A stretch of DNA of 63,345 nucleotides, the filler included. It is 8 parts of 8 records of this genome, joined end to end, with 100 filler letters (N's around TTAATTAATTAA, not from the genome) between each part and the next. Parts side by side here need not be neighbours in the genome. Positions count along the whole stretch, not along the records: positions 1 to 7,518 come from SRR31147125_22223; positions 7,619 to 13,281 come from SRR31147125_22224; 6 more parts are not named here. One strand, given 5' to 3'. Shown here piece after piece: positions 1 to 10,129 of the stretch (position 1 is its first letter; every line of letters starts with the position of its first letter). Both the position numbers and the translations under genes were made by a program. The notes under the pieces were generated by a model. The model was not told where the DNA came from and searched no databases. It was given only the letters and a program-made list of their open reading frames with translations.

Positions 1-169
1 TTATTTTAGCATTGAAAGATTCCGCCGAAGTATTTGTACTTCAATTTTCAAAGAAGTTGAGTATTTCGGAAAACCTGTTGAACAATTTGGAGATATAGTT
101 CGTATAAAGTTTGAAGATATTTTTTCCTTTATAGAGTTGTGTCAGGAATTTGTAATTTTGAAGTATTAA

Positions 170-1393
170 ATGATTAGGTTCATGAAAATACACATTTTGT
201 TGTTTCTTGTTTTGTCAATTGGGTATTCCTGTAAAAAGGATTCTTCTTCAACCGAAGAACCCATTATAGAAAATTCAGAGGAGACTGTAGTGTATTATAC
301 ACTCGATGAATTTGCGATGGGGGTTGACCTTTCCTATGTGAATCAAGTTGAAGATTATGGAGGAGAGTTTCGTGATTCGTCTGAAGTTCGTGATGTTTTT
401 CGTATAATGAGCGAACACGGAGCTAATATTGCTAGGGTTCGGTTATGGCATAATCCAGATTGGGTGCATGCTGTTTATGATGATGAGAGTGTGTCTTTGT
501 ACAGTGGTTTTGCTGATGTAGAAAAAACAATTCGCCGAGCCAAACAAAATGGAATGGCGGTGTGTTTGGACATTCATTACTCAGATACCTGGGCTGATCC
601 TGGAAATCAAATACCACCGAAAGCATGGCAGGGTATTTCCGATTTACAGGTGCTGAAAGATTCTGTTTATAGCTATACTCATGCTGTATTAAGCAGTTTA
701 AATGCAAAAGGATTGATGCCTGAGATGGTTCAGATTGGAAATGAGATTAATTGTGGTTTTATGATATCCGATATTAATTCAATGTTTCCGGTTTTAAATG
801 TATGTGATAATTATTGGTCCGAATTGGGTGAAGCAATTAACAGTGGAATACGAGCAGTAAGGGATGTGGAGTCTCGATCATCAGTTAATACTGAAATTGC
901 ATTACACGTTGCTGATCCCAAAAACTTGGAGTGGTGGTTTGGGAATATCACAACATTGGGTGGAGTTACAGATTTTGATATTATTGGCTTGTCTTATTAT
1001 CCTCTTTGGCACACTGCTGTTTTATTCAATAATTTGCCATCATTAATTAGTAGTTTAACAATTACATATCAGCGCAAAGTAATGATTATGGAGACAGCCT
1101 ATCCATGGACTACCAATGGAAACGATTCTTATAATAATTTGTTTGGCGGGCAAACTCCTTTATCAGCTTATCCATTTACAAAAGATGGTCAGGCAAACTT
1201 TTTAAAAGACCTTACAAATAGTGTTATGGATGCAGGAGGAAAAGGAATTATGTATTGGGAGCCTGCCTGGGTCAGTTCTCAATTAAAGGATCGTTGGGGG
1301 CAAGGATCATCTTGGGAAAACTGCACATTTTTTGATTTTGATAGGAACTTTCTTCCATCAATTAACTACATGAATAAGGATTATAGAAATTGA
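170..1393 (+). CDS. GH53 arabinogalactan endo-beta-1,4-galactanase, lipoprotein
   Basis: Lipobox-like LSIGYSC; GH53 motifs RVRLW, LDIHYSDTWADPG, VQIGNEIN and IMETAYP. Confidence 0.9.
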   Translation: MIRFMKIHILLFLVLSIGYSCKKDSSSTEEPIIENSEETVVYYTLDEFAMGVDLSYVNQVEDYGGEFRDSSEVRDVFRIMSEHGANIARVRLWHNPDWVHAVYDDESVSLYSGFADVEKTIRRAKQNGMAVCLDIHYSDTWADPGNQIPPKAWQGISDLQVLKDSVYSYTHAVLSSLNAKGLMPEMVQIGNEINCGFMISDINSMFPVLNVCDNYWSELGEAINSGIRAVRDVESRSSVNTEIALHVADPKNLEWWFGNITTLGGVTDFDIIGLSYYPLWHTAVLFNNLPSLISSLTITYQRKVMIMETAYPWTTNGNDSYNNLFGGQTPLSAYPFTKDGQANFLKDLTNSVMDAGGKGIMYWEPAWVSSQLKDRWGQGSSWENCTFFDFDRNFLPSINYMNKDYRN

Positions 1394-1559
1394 GATTTAG
1401 CTATTAGTTCAAATAATCTTGTGTTGGTTGTCATATAGTCAATATTTTCACAGAAATTGGGGGATAAGATGCTTTGTTTGTCGAAGAAAAGCAAGGTTTG
1501 CCGGAAAACCTCTTCATATTTGATGTGAAAATACTCTCTTTGCTATATCATGTATTTAA

Positions 1560-2851
1560 ATGTTGAGAATGGATTATTCAGCACGTTTTATTGATTTATG
1601 GCAACATAGCAGTGTGTATTTTCCCAATCTTGGAAATAAGTATTCATATTGGCAAAAGAAAAAGAAAGAATCTATGCTGAATGAACTGATTGTTTCTTTA
1701 AAAGAGTGGGAAAGTTATAAGAAGATAAACCAAGAAGGAGAGTCTGATGAAAAGCTCTTTAATGCAATGAGCGAATTTTTTGAAATGGCTCTGGGGTATT
1801 CGGAAGAACAATTGAATGTGATTTTTTCGGACGATATGGTTGATTCTACTTACCAATTTATTAGAGCAGCCAGACAGTTTGATCCTCAAATTTCTTTTCA
1901 TGATGTTTTTCAGGCATGCAGAAATGTGTGGATAATGAATGGATTGCAGTATCTTTTTAGTAAGCCTGTTGCTTTAACCCCTTCAGTTTTTGCATATAGC
2001 ATGCTTTATCCATACACAGATAATTATATCGATGATCCTGAAATTTCGACAATTGAAAAATATCATTTCAGTTTGCGTTTTGCTGATAGATTGAAAGGAA
2101 AGCCTATAGATCCAGTTAATGACCAAGAGCGGAAGATCTTCCGGATGGTTAAAATAATAGAGGATGAATGGGAGCGAGCGAGTTTTCCAGATGTATATAG
2201 AAGTTTGCTATATATTCATGAAACTCAAACAAAAAGCGCTGAGCTAATTTCATCTGCAAAGGAGTTAAACGAAAATGAAGCCTTCAAAATTTGTATAGAT
2301 AAAGGGGGGCTTCAGTTATAGCAGACGGTTATTTGATATTAGGAAATATTGATTCAAAACAGGAAGAATTCCTTTATGCATATGGTGCTTATTTGCAAAT
2401 GCTTGATGATTTGCAAGATGCAGGAGAAGATATTGCAGAAGGCTTGTATACCTGGCATGGGATGCAGGGAGTTAATGGTAAAATGGAACTGGCTTTAAAT
2501 AGAACCTGGTCGGCTGGAAATAGCGTTATGGAAATGGTTGAAGGGCTTGGATTTGATCGCTCGGTTGTGTTTAAATCATTAATGACAAAAAGCATTGATT
2601 TATTTCTAATTGAATCGGTGATTGCTAACAGCAAATTCTTTGATCGACGATTTTCAAAGAAAATGGAAGAATATTCCCTTTTTAGATTCTCGTTTATTAA
2701 AAAACGAAGTGGTAGTTTTTTGCCCTTGCAAAATCATTTTTTTGAAAATATTGAACGCTTTGCTCTTGCCAAAGGAACTCATCAATCTGAATTTAGCTTT
2801 CTGAAAGAAAAAAGCCTGACGAAAGAATCTCGACAGGCTTTACGTGTATAA
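1560..2851 (+). CDS. Class 1 isoprenoid-synthase-fold protein, split by a frameshift (ORFs 1560-2321 and 2333-2851)
   Basis: Asp-rich motifs YTDNYIDD and LQMLDDLQD. Adding one G to the G6 run at 2304-2309 joins the two ORFs (DKGGASVIADGYL). Confidence 0.6.
2811..2841. terminator. Probable terminator hairpin between convergent genes
   Basis: AAAGCCTGACGA ... TCGACAGGCTTT imperfect inverted repeat. Confidence 0.45.
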
Positions 2852-2863
2852 TAGTATTTTATT

Positions 2864-5050
2864 TTACTTCAACTGATTTTTAAAGAAATCCGTCATCCGT
2901 TTATATAAGTGAAGTCGGGTTTTACCTCCATAAATGCTGTGGTTTCGGTTTGTATAAATGGCCATGTCGAATTGTACCCCGGCCTGAACAAGTTGCTCCG
3001 TAAACTCCATTGTGTTCTGAGCATGAACATTATCGTCGGCAGAACCGTGTACAATAAGTAGTCGCCCGGTAATTCCTTCTGGATTTGCCATGGCTGAATT
3101 ATCATTATAGCCATCTGGATTCTCCTGTGGCGTACGCATGTAACGCTCGGTATAAACAGAATCATAAAATTTGTAATGCGTAACTGGAGCAACTGCAATT
3201 CCCGCTTTAAAAAGGTCGCCTCCTTTTTCCATGCTTAAGATTGAAGTAAAACCTCCATAGCTCCATCCCCAAATAGCAATGTTTTGTTTGTCTATAAATG
3301 GAAGCTTTTGAAGATGTTTGGCCGTTTCTACCATGTCTTCAGATTCATATTTGCCTAGTTGCAAGTAGGTTACTTTTCTAAAGTCCTCACCACGTGCAGC
3401 CGTTCCTCTGGGATCAATACACACAACTATAAATCCTTCCTGTGCCAGGTAGTTGTACCAATCAACCGACCACTTATCTACGACCTGCTGCGAATTTGGA
3501 CCGCTGTATTGCGTGATAATTACCGGGTATTTTTTTGTGTCATCAAAATCTTTAGGCTTAATCATCCAACCATTCAGGAGAATACCGTCAGAAGTTTCAA
3601 AATTGAAAAAAGATTTTTCTGTTACTTGATATTCATTAATCTTTTCTTTTAATTTCTGATTGTCTTCCAAGGTGCGAATCGTCTTTCCTTTTGAATCATG
3701 CAATGTTACAAGATTAGGAGTGGAAAGATTGGTGAAATAATTAATGTAGTAGTTGAATCCGGTACTAAAAACCGCCTTGTTTGTACCTTCTTTGGTTGAT
3801 AGTTTTCCGAATTTTTTCCCATCAAGGCTTGTGTAGTAAATTTCACGTTGCATCGGTGAATCTTTAGCTGCCTGGTAGTAAAAAAGTTTTCTTTTGGCAT
3901 CATAACCATAAAAATCTGTAACGTCAAATTTTCCAGAGGTTAGTTGTTTAACTTCAAACCCTTGCCTGTCATATAGATATAAGTGAGAGAATCCATCTCG
4001 TTCACTATTTAGAACAAAGTATTTATTATCTGGAAGAAAAATAAAATCATCTAAGAATTCTTCAGATACATAACGGTCATTTTTTTCAGTAAAAAAAGGT
4101 CTGGAATCTCCAGTAAACGGATTTGCCAAAAGTACATCAATTGCATTTTGTCTTCTGTTTAAACGAAAAATTGCTAATTCATTCGCATCAGTTGTCCACT
4201 TTAGGCGTGGAATGTAAATGTCAGTTTGATTACCAATGTCGGTTTCAATAGATGTTTTAGATTTAAGATCATAAACATGTACGCTTACAATTGAGTTTGA
4301 TTCACCAGCTTTCGGATATTTAAAAGTATAAGGAGATGGGTATAGCGAATTTTTTTCATTGATCGGATTTAGCCCCTGGTACATGGTCATGAAGAATTCA
4401 CGAACTTCAGTTTCATCAAAACGAATGTAAGCTAAGAATTTACTGTCTGGTGACCAGGTAAAAGCTTTGTTGAATGAAAACTCTTCTTCATAAACCCAGT
4501 CAGGTTTGCCATTTATAATCTCATTGAACTTTCCATCAAAGGTAACCTGGCTTTCTGTTCCAAATTTTAAGCTTTTTATAAAAATATTATTGTTTCGAAC
4601 AAACGCAACACGCTCTCCATCCGGAGAGAAAGTTGCTTGCTCTTGTCTCCCTTTTGTCGATAATTCAGTAAGCTCATTCGTTATGCTATTCCATACATAG
4701 TAATTAGCTGTAAAGGAATGGCGATATACCTTTTGAATATCTGTTGTTAATAAAATTTTTGTCTCATCATCACTAAACGAATAATCAGAAAACGAATAAA
4801 TACTTGCGTTCTCAACTTGATTTAAATCAAATAAGTCTTTAACCTTATTTCCATCTTTAAAACTGTATTTTACAATTTTTAAACCGTCTTCAATACTTGT
4901 GTAGTGTAGTCCGTCATTCATTGAGCGAAGTCCTTGAATGGTTTTCTGGTTGAATGTTCCATTTGTTTGAATGTCCTCCAAACTAATTTTTTTTTGTGCA
5001 AGTGCCGGAAGGCATAAAATAAGAACAAGTAAAATACCTAAAATGCGCAT
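2864..5050 (-). CDS. Dipeptidyl peptidase IV (S9B)
   Basis: Signal peptide; DWVYEEE, GWSYGG nucleophile, HGSADDNVH and C-terminal catalytic His. Confidence 0.95.
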   Translation of the reverse strand: MRILGILLVLILCLPALAQKKISLEDIQTNGTFNQKTIQGLRSMNDGLHYTSIEDGLKIVKYSFKDGNKVKDLFDLNQVENASIYSFSDYSFSDDETKILLTTDIQKVYRHSFTANYYVWNSITNELTELSTKGRQEQATFSPDGERVAFVRNNNIFIKSLKFGTESQVTFDGKFNEIINGKPDWVYEEEFSFNKAFTWSPDSKFLAYIRFDETEVREFFMTMYQGLNPINEKNSLYPSPYTFKYPKAGESNSIVSVHVYDLKSKTSIETDIGNQTDIYIPRLKWTTDANELAIFRLNRRQNAIDVLLANPFTGDSRPFFTEKNDRYVSEEFLDDFIFLPDNKYFVLNSERDGFSHLYLYDRQGFEVKQLTSGKFDVTDFYGYDAKRKLFYYQAAKDSPMQREIYYTSLDGKKFGKLSTKEGTNKAVFSTGFNYYINYFTNLSTPNLVTLHDSKGKTIRTLEDNQKLKEKINEYQVTEKSFFNFETSDGILLNGWMIKPKDFDDTKKYPVIITQYSGPNSQQVVDKWSVDWYNYLAQEGFIVVCIDPRGTAARGEDFRKVTYLQLGKYESEDMVETAKHLQKLPFIDKQNIAIWGWSYGGFTSILSMEKGGDLFKAGIAVAPVTHYKFYDSVYTERYMRTPQENPDGYNDNSAMANPEGITGRLLIVHGSADDNVHAQNTMEFTEQLVQAGVQFDMAIYTNRNHSIYGGKTRLHLYKRMTDFFKNQLK

Positions 5051-5276
5051 GTGTTTCTCTTTTGAGTTTTAAAATTCAAATCTTCTAAAATTTTTGCAAT
5101 AATAAAATGATCTGCAAAGAAATTATTCCCAATCAGTATGAAAAACTGATGTTGTGTTACAAAATCATTCAGTTTCAGCTTTTGAATAAAAAAATGAAAT
5201 TCTTTTTTAGGGTATTTTATATTGAGGGGGTATCAAGTGCAGAAACAAAAGATTCGTTTAAACAAAACTCTTAAAA

Positions 5277-6350
5277 ATGAAAAGATTCTCAATACTCTTT
5301 GTCTTATTGCTTGCCTTTAAATTCGCATTACCTCAGGGAGATGTAATTGATTTTATTAAAGCTGGTACACATGATGCCGAAATTTTATTTGAAAATTATC
5401 TTGATCCTTATGCAATGGCATTGGGTGAAGGCTTAAATAATGGTTGGTTTCAAACAGCAGAAACACATAAGTTTTTAGGTTTTGATATTTCGTTAAATAT
5501 GAGTGCGATTAAAATACCGGATAGTGACCAGGTATTTAATTTGAGTGGACTCTCATTTACGAATATGGAATTAGTAAATCCAGCCAATAGTATTACTCCA
5601 ACTGTTGCTGGAGATAATGTTCCGGGACCTGAAATTAGAGTTTTTCGCGAACCTAATAATCCTGGAAGTGAAGAGCTTTTTACATTTAACTCACCTGAAG
5701 GTTCTGGTTTAGATATGGTTCCTGTGCCAATGGCGCAACTTAGTTTTGGTTTAATTCCAAATACAGATATTGCTGTGCGTTATGTTCCAGAATTGAAGTT
5801 CTCCAACACCGATGACGATGTTAGAGTTGGCTTAATGGGAATTGGATTAAAACATAATTTTAAGGAATGGGTACCTTTTTTAAAACATTTGCCTTTTGAT
5901 GCATCTGTATTTTTTACTTACGCGAAAATTAATGCAGAAGTTGGATTTGATTTTACTGAAGGAGATTATGCAATTGATCCAAATGTGCCTAAGACAGTTA
6001 CTTATCAGCATTATGACGATCAGCGTTTGACCTTTGATACTAAAGCATATAAATATGGACTGATCGTTTCTAAGAAAGTAGGAATTTTAACTGCTTTTGG
6101 AAGTGTTGGGAGCAACACTACAGAGACAAATATTGATTTAGTTGGTAATTATCCAATTCTTGAGGATGGGGGGACACAGGTGATAATAAAAGGTGAAAGA
6201 GATCCTCTAAGCATGGATTTAGGATCTGCAACAAATATCGCATATAATGCCGGTCTTCGTTTAAAACTGGCTTTCTTCAAAATTTATGCATCGGTTAATA
6301 AAGCACAATATACATCTTATAACGCGGGAATAGCTCTTGGTATAAGATAG
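5277..6350 (+). CDS. Exported, probably outer-membrane protein (DUF6588-like)
   Basis: Signal peptide, beta-rich C-terminus, LNNGWFQTA N-terminal motif; family assignment from recall. Confidence 0.55.
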   Translation: MKRFSILFVLLLAFKFALPQGDVIDFIKAGTHDAEILFENYLDPYAMALGEGLNNGWFQTAETHKFLGFDISLNMSAIKIPDSDQVFNLSGLSFTNMELVNPANSITPTVAGDNVPGPEIRVFREPNNPGSEELFTFNSPEGSGLDMVPVPMAQLSFGLIPNTDIAVRYVPELKFSNTDDDVRVGLMGIGLKHNFKEWVPFLKHLPFDASVFFTYAKINAEVGFDFTEGDYAIDPNVPKTVTYQHYDDQRLTFDTKAYKYGLIVSKKVGILTAFGSVGSNTTETNIDLVGNYPILEDGGTQVIIKGERDPLSMDLGSATNIAYNAGLRLKLAFFKIYASVNKAQYTSYNAGIALGIR

Positions 6351-6373
6351 CATGATTTTTTATCTTAATGGTT

Positions 6374-6406
6374 AAGAGGGGGCGCTATAGTGGCGCCTTT
6401 TCTTTT
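6374..6406 (+). terminator. Rho-independent terminator
   Basis: GGCGCTA-TAG-TGGCGCC stem followed by TTTTCTTTT. Confidence 0.7.
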
Positions 6407-6438
6407 GCTTCAAATTCACTCAAAAAAATATTTTCCCA

Positions 6439-6471
6439 TTTGTGTCAATGAGCTAATAATACTTATCTTTG
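6439..6471 (+). promoter_or_regulatory. Bacteroidota housekeeping promoter of thrS
   Basis: -33 TTTG (6439-6442) and -7 TATCTTTG (6464-6471) match the TTTG / TAnnTTTG consensus. Confidence 0.65.
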
Positions 6472-6498
6472 CAGCCTGAAAAAGAGAACCCTCAATAA

Positions 6499-7518
6499 AT
6501 GACGATGATTAAAATTACATTACCTGATAACAGTGTCAGAGAATACGAAAGCGGAGTTAGCGGAAAAAGTATCGCAATTTCAATCAGTAACCGATTGGCT
6601 AAAGAGGTTTTCGCAATAACGGTAAATGGAGAGGTTTGGGAAATAAACCGACCCATTGAACAGGATGCGTCTATTAAACTGCATACATGGAATGATCGGG
6701 AAGGTAAAGAAACATTTTGGCATTCTTCTGCTCATTTAATGGCAGAGGCAATTGAGGCATTCTATCCCGGAACAAAGTTTGGCATTGGACCAACTGTTGA
6801 TACTGGCTTTTATTACGATATTGACCTTCCAGAAGGCAAACAGCTCTCTGAAAATGATCTTGAAAAAATTGAGAAGAAAATAATTGAACTGGCTCGCCAA
6901 AAGAATAATATTGTTCGTAGTGAAATATCGAAGGAAGATGCTCTGAAAATGTTCACTGAAAAAAATGATGAGCTGAAGCAAGAGTTGATCAGTGAGTTGG
7001 AAGATGGGACAATAACTTTGTATAATCAAGGGAATTTCACCGATTTGTGTAGAGGTCCACACCTTCCGAATACATCATATATAAAATCAGTTAAGCTTAC
7101 GGCAATTGCTGGTGCATACTGGCGAGGAGACGAAAAGAACAAAATGCTCACTCGTATTTACGGGGTGAGTTTTCCAAAACAAAAGTATCTGGAAGAATAC
7201 CTGGTGATGATTGAGGAAGCTAAAAAGCGTGATCATCGAAAGATAGGTAAAGAAATGGAACTGTTTACTTTCTCGCAGCAAGTGGGACAAGGGTTACCAA
7301 TGTGGTTGCCTAAAGGAGCAATGCTTCGAGAACAGTTAGAGACATTCTTGAAAAAAGTACAAAAGAAATTTGGTTACGAGCAGGTTATTACACCACATAT
7401 TGGTGATGTGAACTTGTATAAAACTTCAGGTCATTTTGCAAAGTATGGAGCAGATTCATTTCAAACAATCAATACACCTGCAGAAGGTGAAGAGTATTTG
7501 TTGAAACCAATGAACTGC
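6499..7518 (+). CDS. thrS: Threonine--tRNA ligase, 3'-truncated at contig end
   Basis: TGS domain, [28 protein letters not shown]. Confidence 0.98.
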
Positions 7519-7618
7519 NNNNNNNNNNNNNNNNNNNNNNNNNNNNNNNNNNNNNNNNNNNNTTAATTAATTAANNNNNNNNNNNNNNNNNNNNNNNNNN
7601 NNNNNNNNNNNNNNNNNN
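7519..7618. other. Artificial contig linker
   Basis: N-run, TTAATTAATTAA (stops in all six frames), N-run. Confidence 0.99.
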
Positions 7619-7725
7619 TTACAAACGGATATATTTTTGTATATTAGAGGATTAGAAATAATAACTAAACAGTATTGGAGTCTACATATATCTAAGCTGC
7701 AATGCTAGGTTACATCCTGAAATAA

Positions 7726-8763
7726 TTGAACAACATGATATTTAATGATTGGAAATACATAAATGATAAAGACGGAGCCAGAATTATTCCTGATTCTGAG
7801 ATAACTCTTCCAGATAGATTCATTAAATATTACGGTCTAAATGGAAATAGTGTTAATGCTGCAATTAATAAATATTTATTTTTTTCGCACCCACTCATAC
7901 TAAATGATCCTTTTGATTCTTGTAGACAGTTGGTAAGTTTAGAAAAATTTTCGGAAAGGCAATTTGTTAAACTTCACGAGCACAATCAAAGATTTGTAAC
8001 TCCAAACAGGAAACACTCATTAGAGGAAATTAAATATAAAACCGCCAAATGGTATCGAGAGGATAAAGATGAATTAGCCGATTCATATTTAACTTTCTTT
8101 TGGAATCTCCTTTTCAAAGACTGGGGAATTCTATCATTAGCAGAGGTTGAAAATGACATGTTAATGTGGTCTTATTACAATAATCATCAAGGCTTTGCTA
8201 TAGAATTTGACAATCAATTATTTAAGGACACTGAGGTGCTAGGTCCTTTTCCTATTAACTATGCAGATAATTACGAAACAATATCCCCCAGAAGTATTAA
8301 ACTTGATATAGAACAAATACTCTATGTTACAAATATTAAATATTCTCAATGGAGTCATGAAAAAGAATGGAGATTTTTAATTAATAGAGAGAATATGTCC
8401 ATTCCTAATTATACAGATCCAACTCTAAAACTGAATAGAAGAAAGATCGGATATCAAGAAAGAAAAGTTAAATCAATAATACTTGGATATAAGTTCTTTG
8501 AAGATAATATTACAAAGACACATTTCGGAAAAGGAAAAAGATTATACCGATTTCATCCAGATAAAAATGAAAAGGACAAATTAAGATTAGAGTTAATTAA
8601 CTATATAATTGAAAATGATATAAAAGTCAGTGAGATTGAAATTGCAGAGGACAATACTTTCTCTTTAAACGTAATGGATATTGAGCTAATTTGTCACCAG
8701 AAAGGATTTGAATATTTTGTTGTATCTAAATATTATAAAAGTCTATCGGCTAATAGGAGTTAA
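7726..8763 (+). CDS. DUF2971 domain protein
   Basis: LNDPFDS, MWSYY..HQGFAIEF and K...WSHEKEWR motifs. Confidence 0.8.
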   Translation: MNNMIFNDWKYINDKDGARIIPDSEITLPDRFIKYYGLNGNSVNAAINKYLFFSHPLILNDPFDSCRQLVSLEKFSERQFVKLHEHNQRFVTPNRKHSLEEIKYKTAKWYREDKDELADSYLTFFWNLLFKDWGILSLAEVENDMLMWSYYNNHQGFAIEFDNQLFKDTEVLGPFPINYADNYETISPRSIKLDIEQILYVTNIKYSQWSHEKEWRFLINRENMSIPNYTDPTLKLNRRKIGYQERKVKSIILGYKFFEDNITKTHFGKGKRLYRFHPDKNEKDKLRLELINYIIENDIKVSEIEIAEDNTFSLNVMDIELICHQKGFEYFVVSKYYKSLSANRS

Positions 8764-8849
8764 ACGAATTATTGTGAAAACAAGAACCTACCAAAAATTC
8801 AACGCCGCTTTAAACGGTACCGCCGACCATAAAAATTGTAACTAAAAAT

Positions 8850-8930
8850 AAGCCCAAAGGGCTTAAAGCAACAACCGGGGGCAACGCCCTCGGCAAAAAA
8901 CCACAAAGTGGTATATCGCCCTGAAGGGGC
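8850..8930 (+). repeat. REP-like triple-hairpin unit 1
   Basis: AAGCCCAAAGGGCTT, CCGGGGGCAACGCCCTCGG, GCCCTGAAGGGGC. Confidence 0.8.
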
Positions 8931-8965
8931 ATAAGCAAATATTACAAACTAAAAAACTAACGAAC

Positions 8966-9418
8966 ATGCCACAATCACTATCAAAAGTCTACGTACACAT
9001 TACATTCAGTACAAAAGGCAGGCAAAACCTAATAGACGATAATATTGAGGTACGCCTGTACGATTACCTCGGAGGAATTTGCAAAGGTTTAGATTGTAAT
9101 CCGGTTAAAGTTGGCGGTCACAAAAACCATGTTCACATTCTCTGTTTACTATCCAGAAAAATAAGTCAGGCTACTTTGATGAAAGAAATTAAGAAAGAAT
9201 CCTCAAAATGGATTAAAACAATTGATACGAAATATTCTAATTTTTTCTGGCAAAATGGTTATGGTATTTTCTCTGTTAATCCTAGCGAAATTGATATAGT
9301 TAAAAATTATATCGCCAACCAAAAGGAAAAGCACAGAGCTACAACTTTTAAAGATGAGTTCAGGGCATTTTTGAAAAAATATAAGATAGAATATGATGAA
9401 CGATATGTTTGGGATTGA
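8966..9418 (+). mobile_element. tnpA: IS200/IS605-family Y1 (HUH) transposase, REP-associated (RAYT-like)
   Basis: HITFSTKGR, HVH (HUH), WQNGY and YIANQ catalytic Tyr; flanked by palindromic repeats. Confidence 0.9.
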
Positions 9419-9431
9419 TATTTTGGCTGTT

Positions 9432-9512
9432 GCCCCTTCAGGGCAAATATTGGCTACGCCATTTTTACACACAGGGCGTTGCCCTGTGTTAATGCTCGTG
9501 CGCCGGTGGCGC
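9432..9512 (-). repeat. REP-like triple-hairpin unit 2, inverted
   Basis: Reverse complement reads GCGCCACCGGCGC, ACAGGGCAACGCCCTGT, GCCCTGAAGGGGC. Confidence 0.75.
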
Positions 9513-9566
9513 GACAAAACCAAGAAATACAAAATGCATCATACCTTTACACCAAATAAAACATCA

Positions 9567-9646
9567 AAGCCCAAAGGGCTTAAAGCAACAACTCAGGGCA
9601 TCGCCCTGAGAACAAACCCCAACGGGAATAATCGCCCTGAAAGGGC
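9567..9646 (+). repeat. REP-like triple-hairpin unit 3
   Basis: First 26 nt identical to unit 1; CTCAGGGCATCGCCCTGAG; GCCCTGAAAGGGC. Confidence 0.8.
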
Positions 9647-9681
9647 ATTAGAAAATACAACAAAACGCAAAATATAGAATA

Positions 9682-10038
9682 ATGGAACAAAGAACCTGCC
9701 TCGAATGCAACGAACCACTAAAAGGACGTGCCGACCAAAAATTTTGTAACGACAGTTGCCGAAATGCCTACAACAATAAAAAATTGAGCGGCTCTACAAA
9801 TTACATGCGTAAAATTAACCGCATTCTAAAAAACAACCACACCATTCTGGAAGAATTAAATCCGGAGGAAAAAACCACAACCTTTAAAAGCACACTCCAA
9901 AAACGAGGTTTCAACTTTAACTACTTCACAAATATTTATACCACCAAAACCAACCGCGTTTATTATTTTGTATACGACCAGGGATATTCGGAACTGGAAA
10001 ACAATAAATACATGCTGGTAAGAAAAGAAGAACAATAA
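9682..10038 (+). CDS. Hypothetical protein with N-terminal zinc ribbon
   Basis: CLEC...GRADQKFCNDSCRNAYNN. Confidence 0.75.
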   Translation: MEQRTCLECNEPLKGRADQKFCNDSCRNAYNNKKLSGSTNYMRKINRILKNNHTILEELNPEEKTTTFKSTLQKRGFNFNYFTNIYTTKTNRVYYFVYDQGYSELENNKYMLVRKEEQ

Positions 10039-10129
10039 TTTGCTCCTCAGCTGTAATTGTCATTTTTACAAGATTGAGCGACTGCCATTTAAGTTTTTTT
10101 TCTACTTTCGCAATCAAATTTTAGAACCT

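Noticed and set aside
7563-7574. TTAATTAATTAA recurring seven times as a possible biological repeat
   Set aside because: It is always centred in identical N-runs, so it is an artificial six-frame-stop linker.
8745-8828. attC-like site after the DUF2971 gene (GGCTAAT...GCCGA)
   Set aside because: The core sites are degenerate, pairing is weak, and there is no second copy or integron integrase.
8850-9646. Repeats as a CRISPR array
   Set aside because: Orientation is mixed, there is no regular repeat-spacer period and no cas gene. No CRISPR array was seen anywhere in the window.
9203-9677. ORFs 9203-9532 (-) and 9393-9677 (+)
   Set aside because: They overlap tnpA and translate the palindromic repeats; no protein-like signal.
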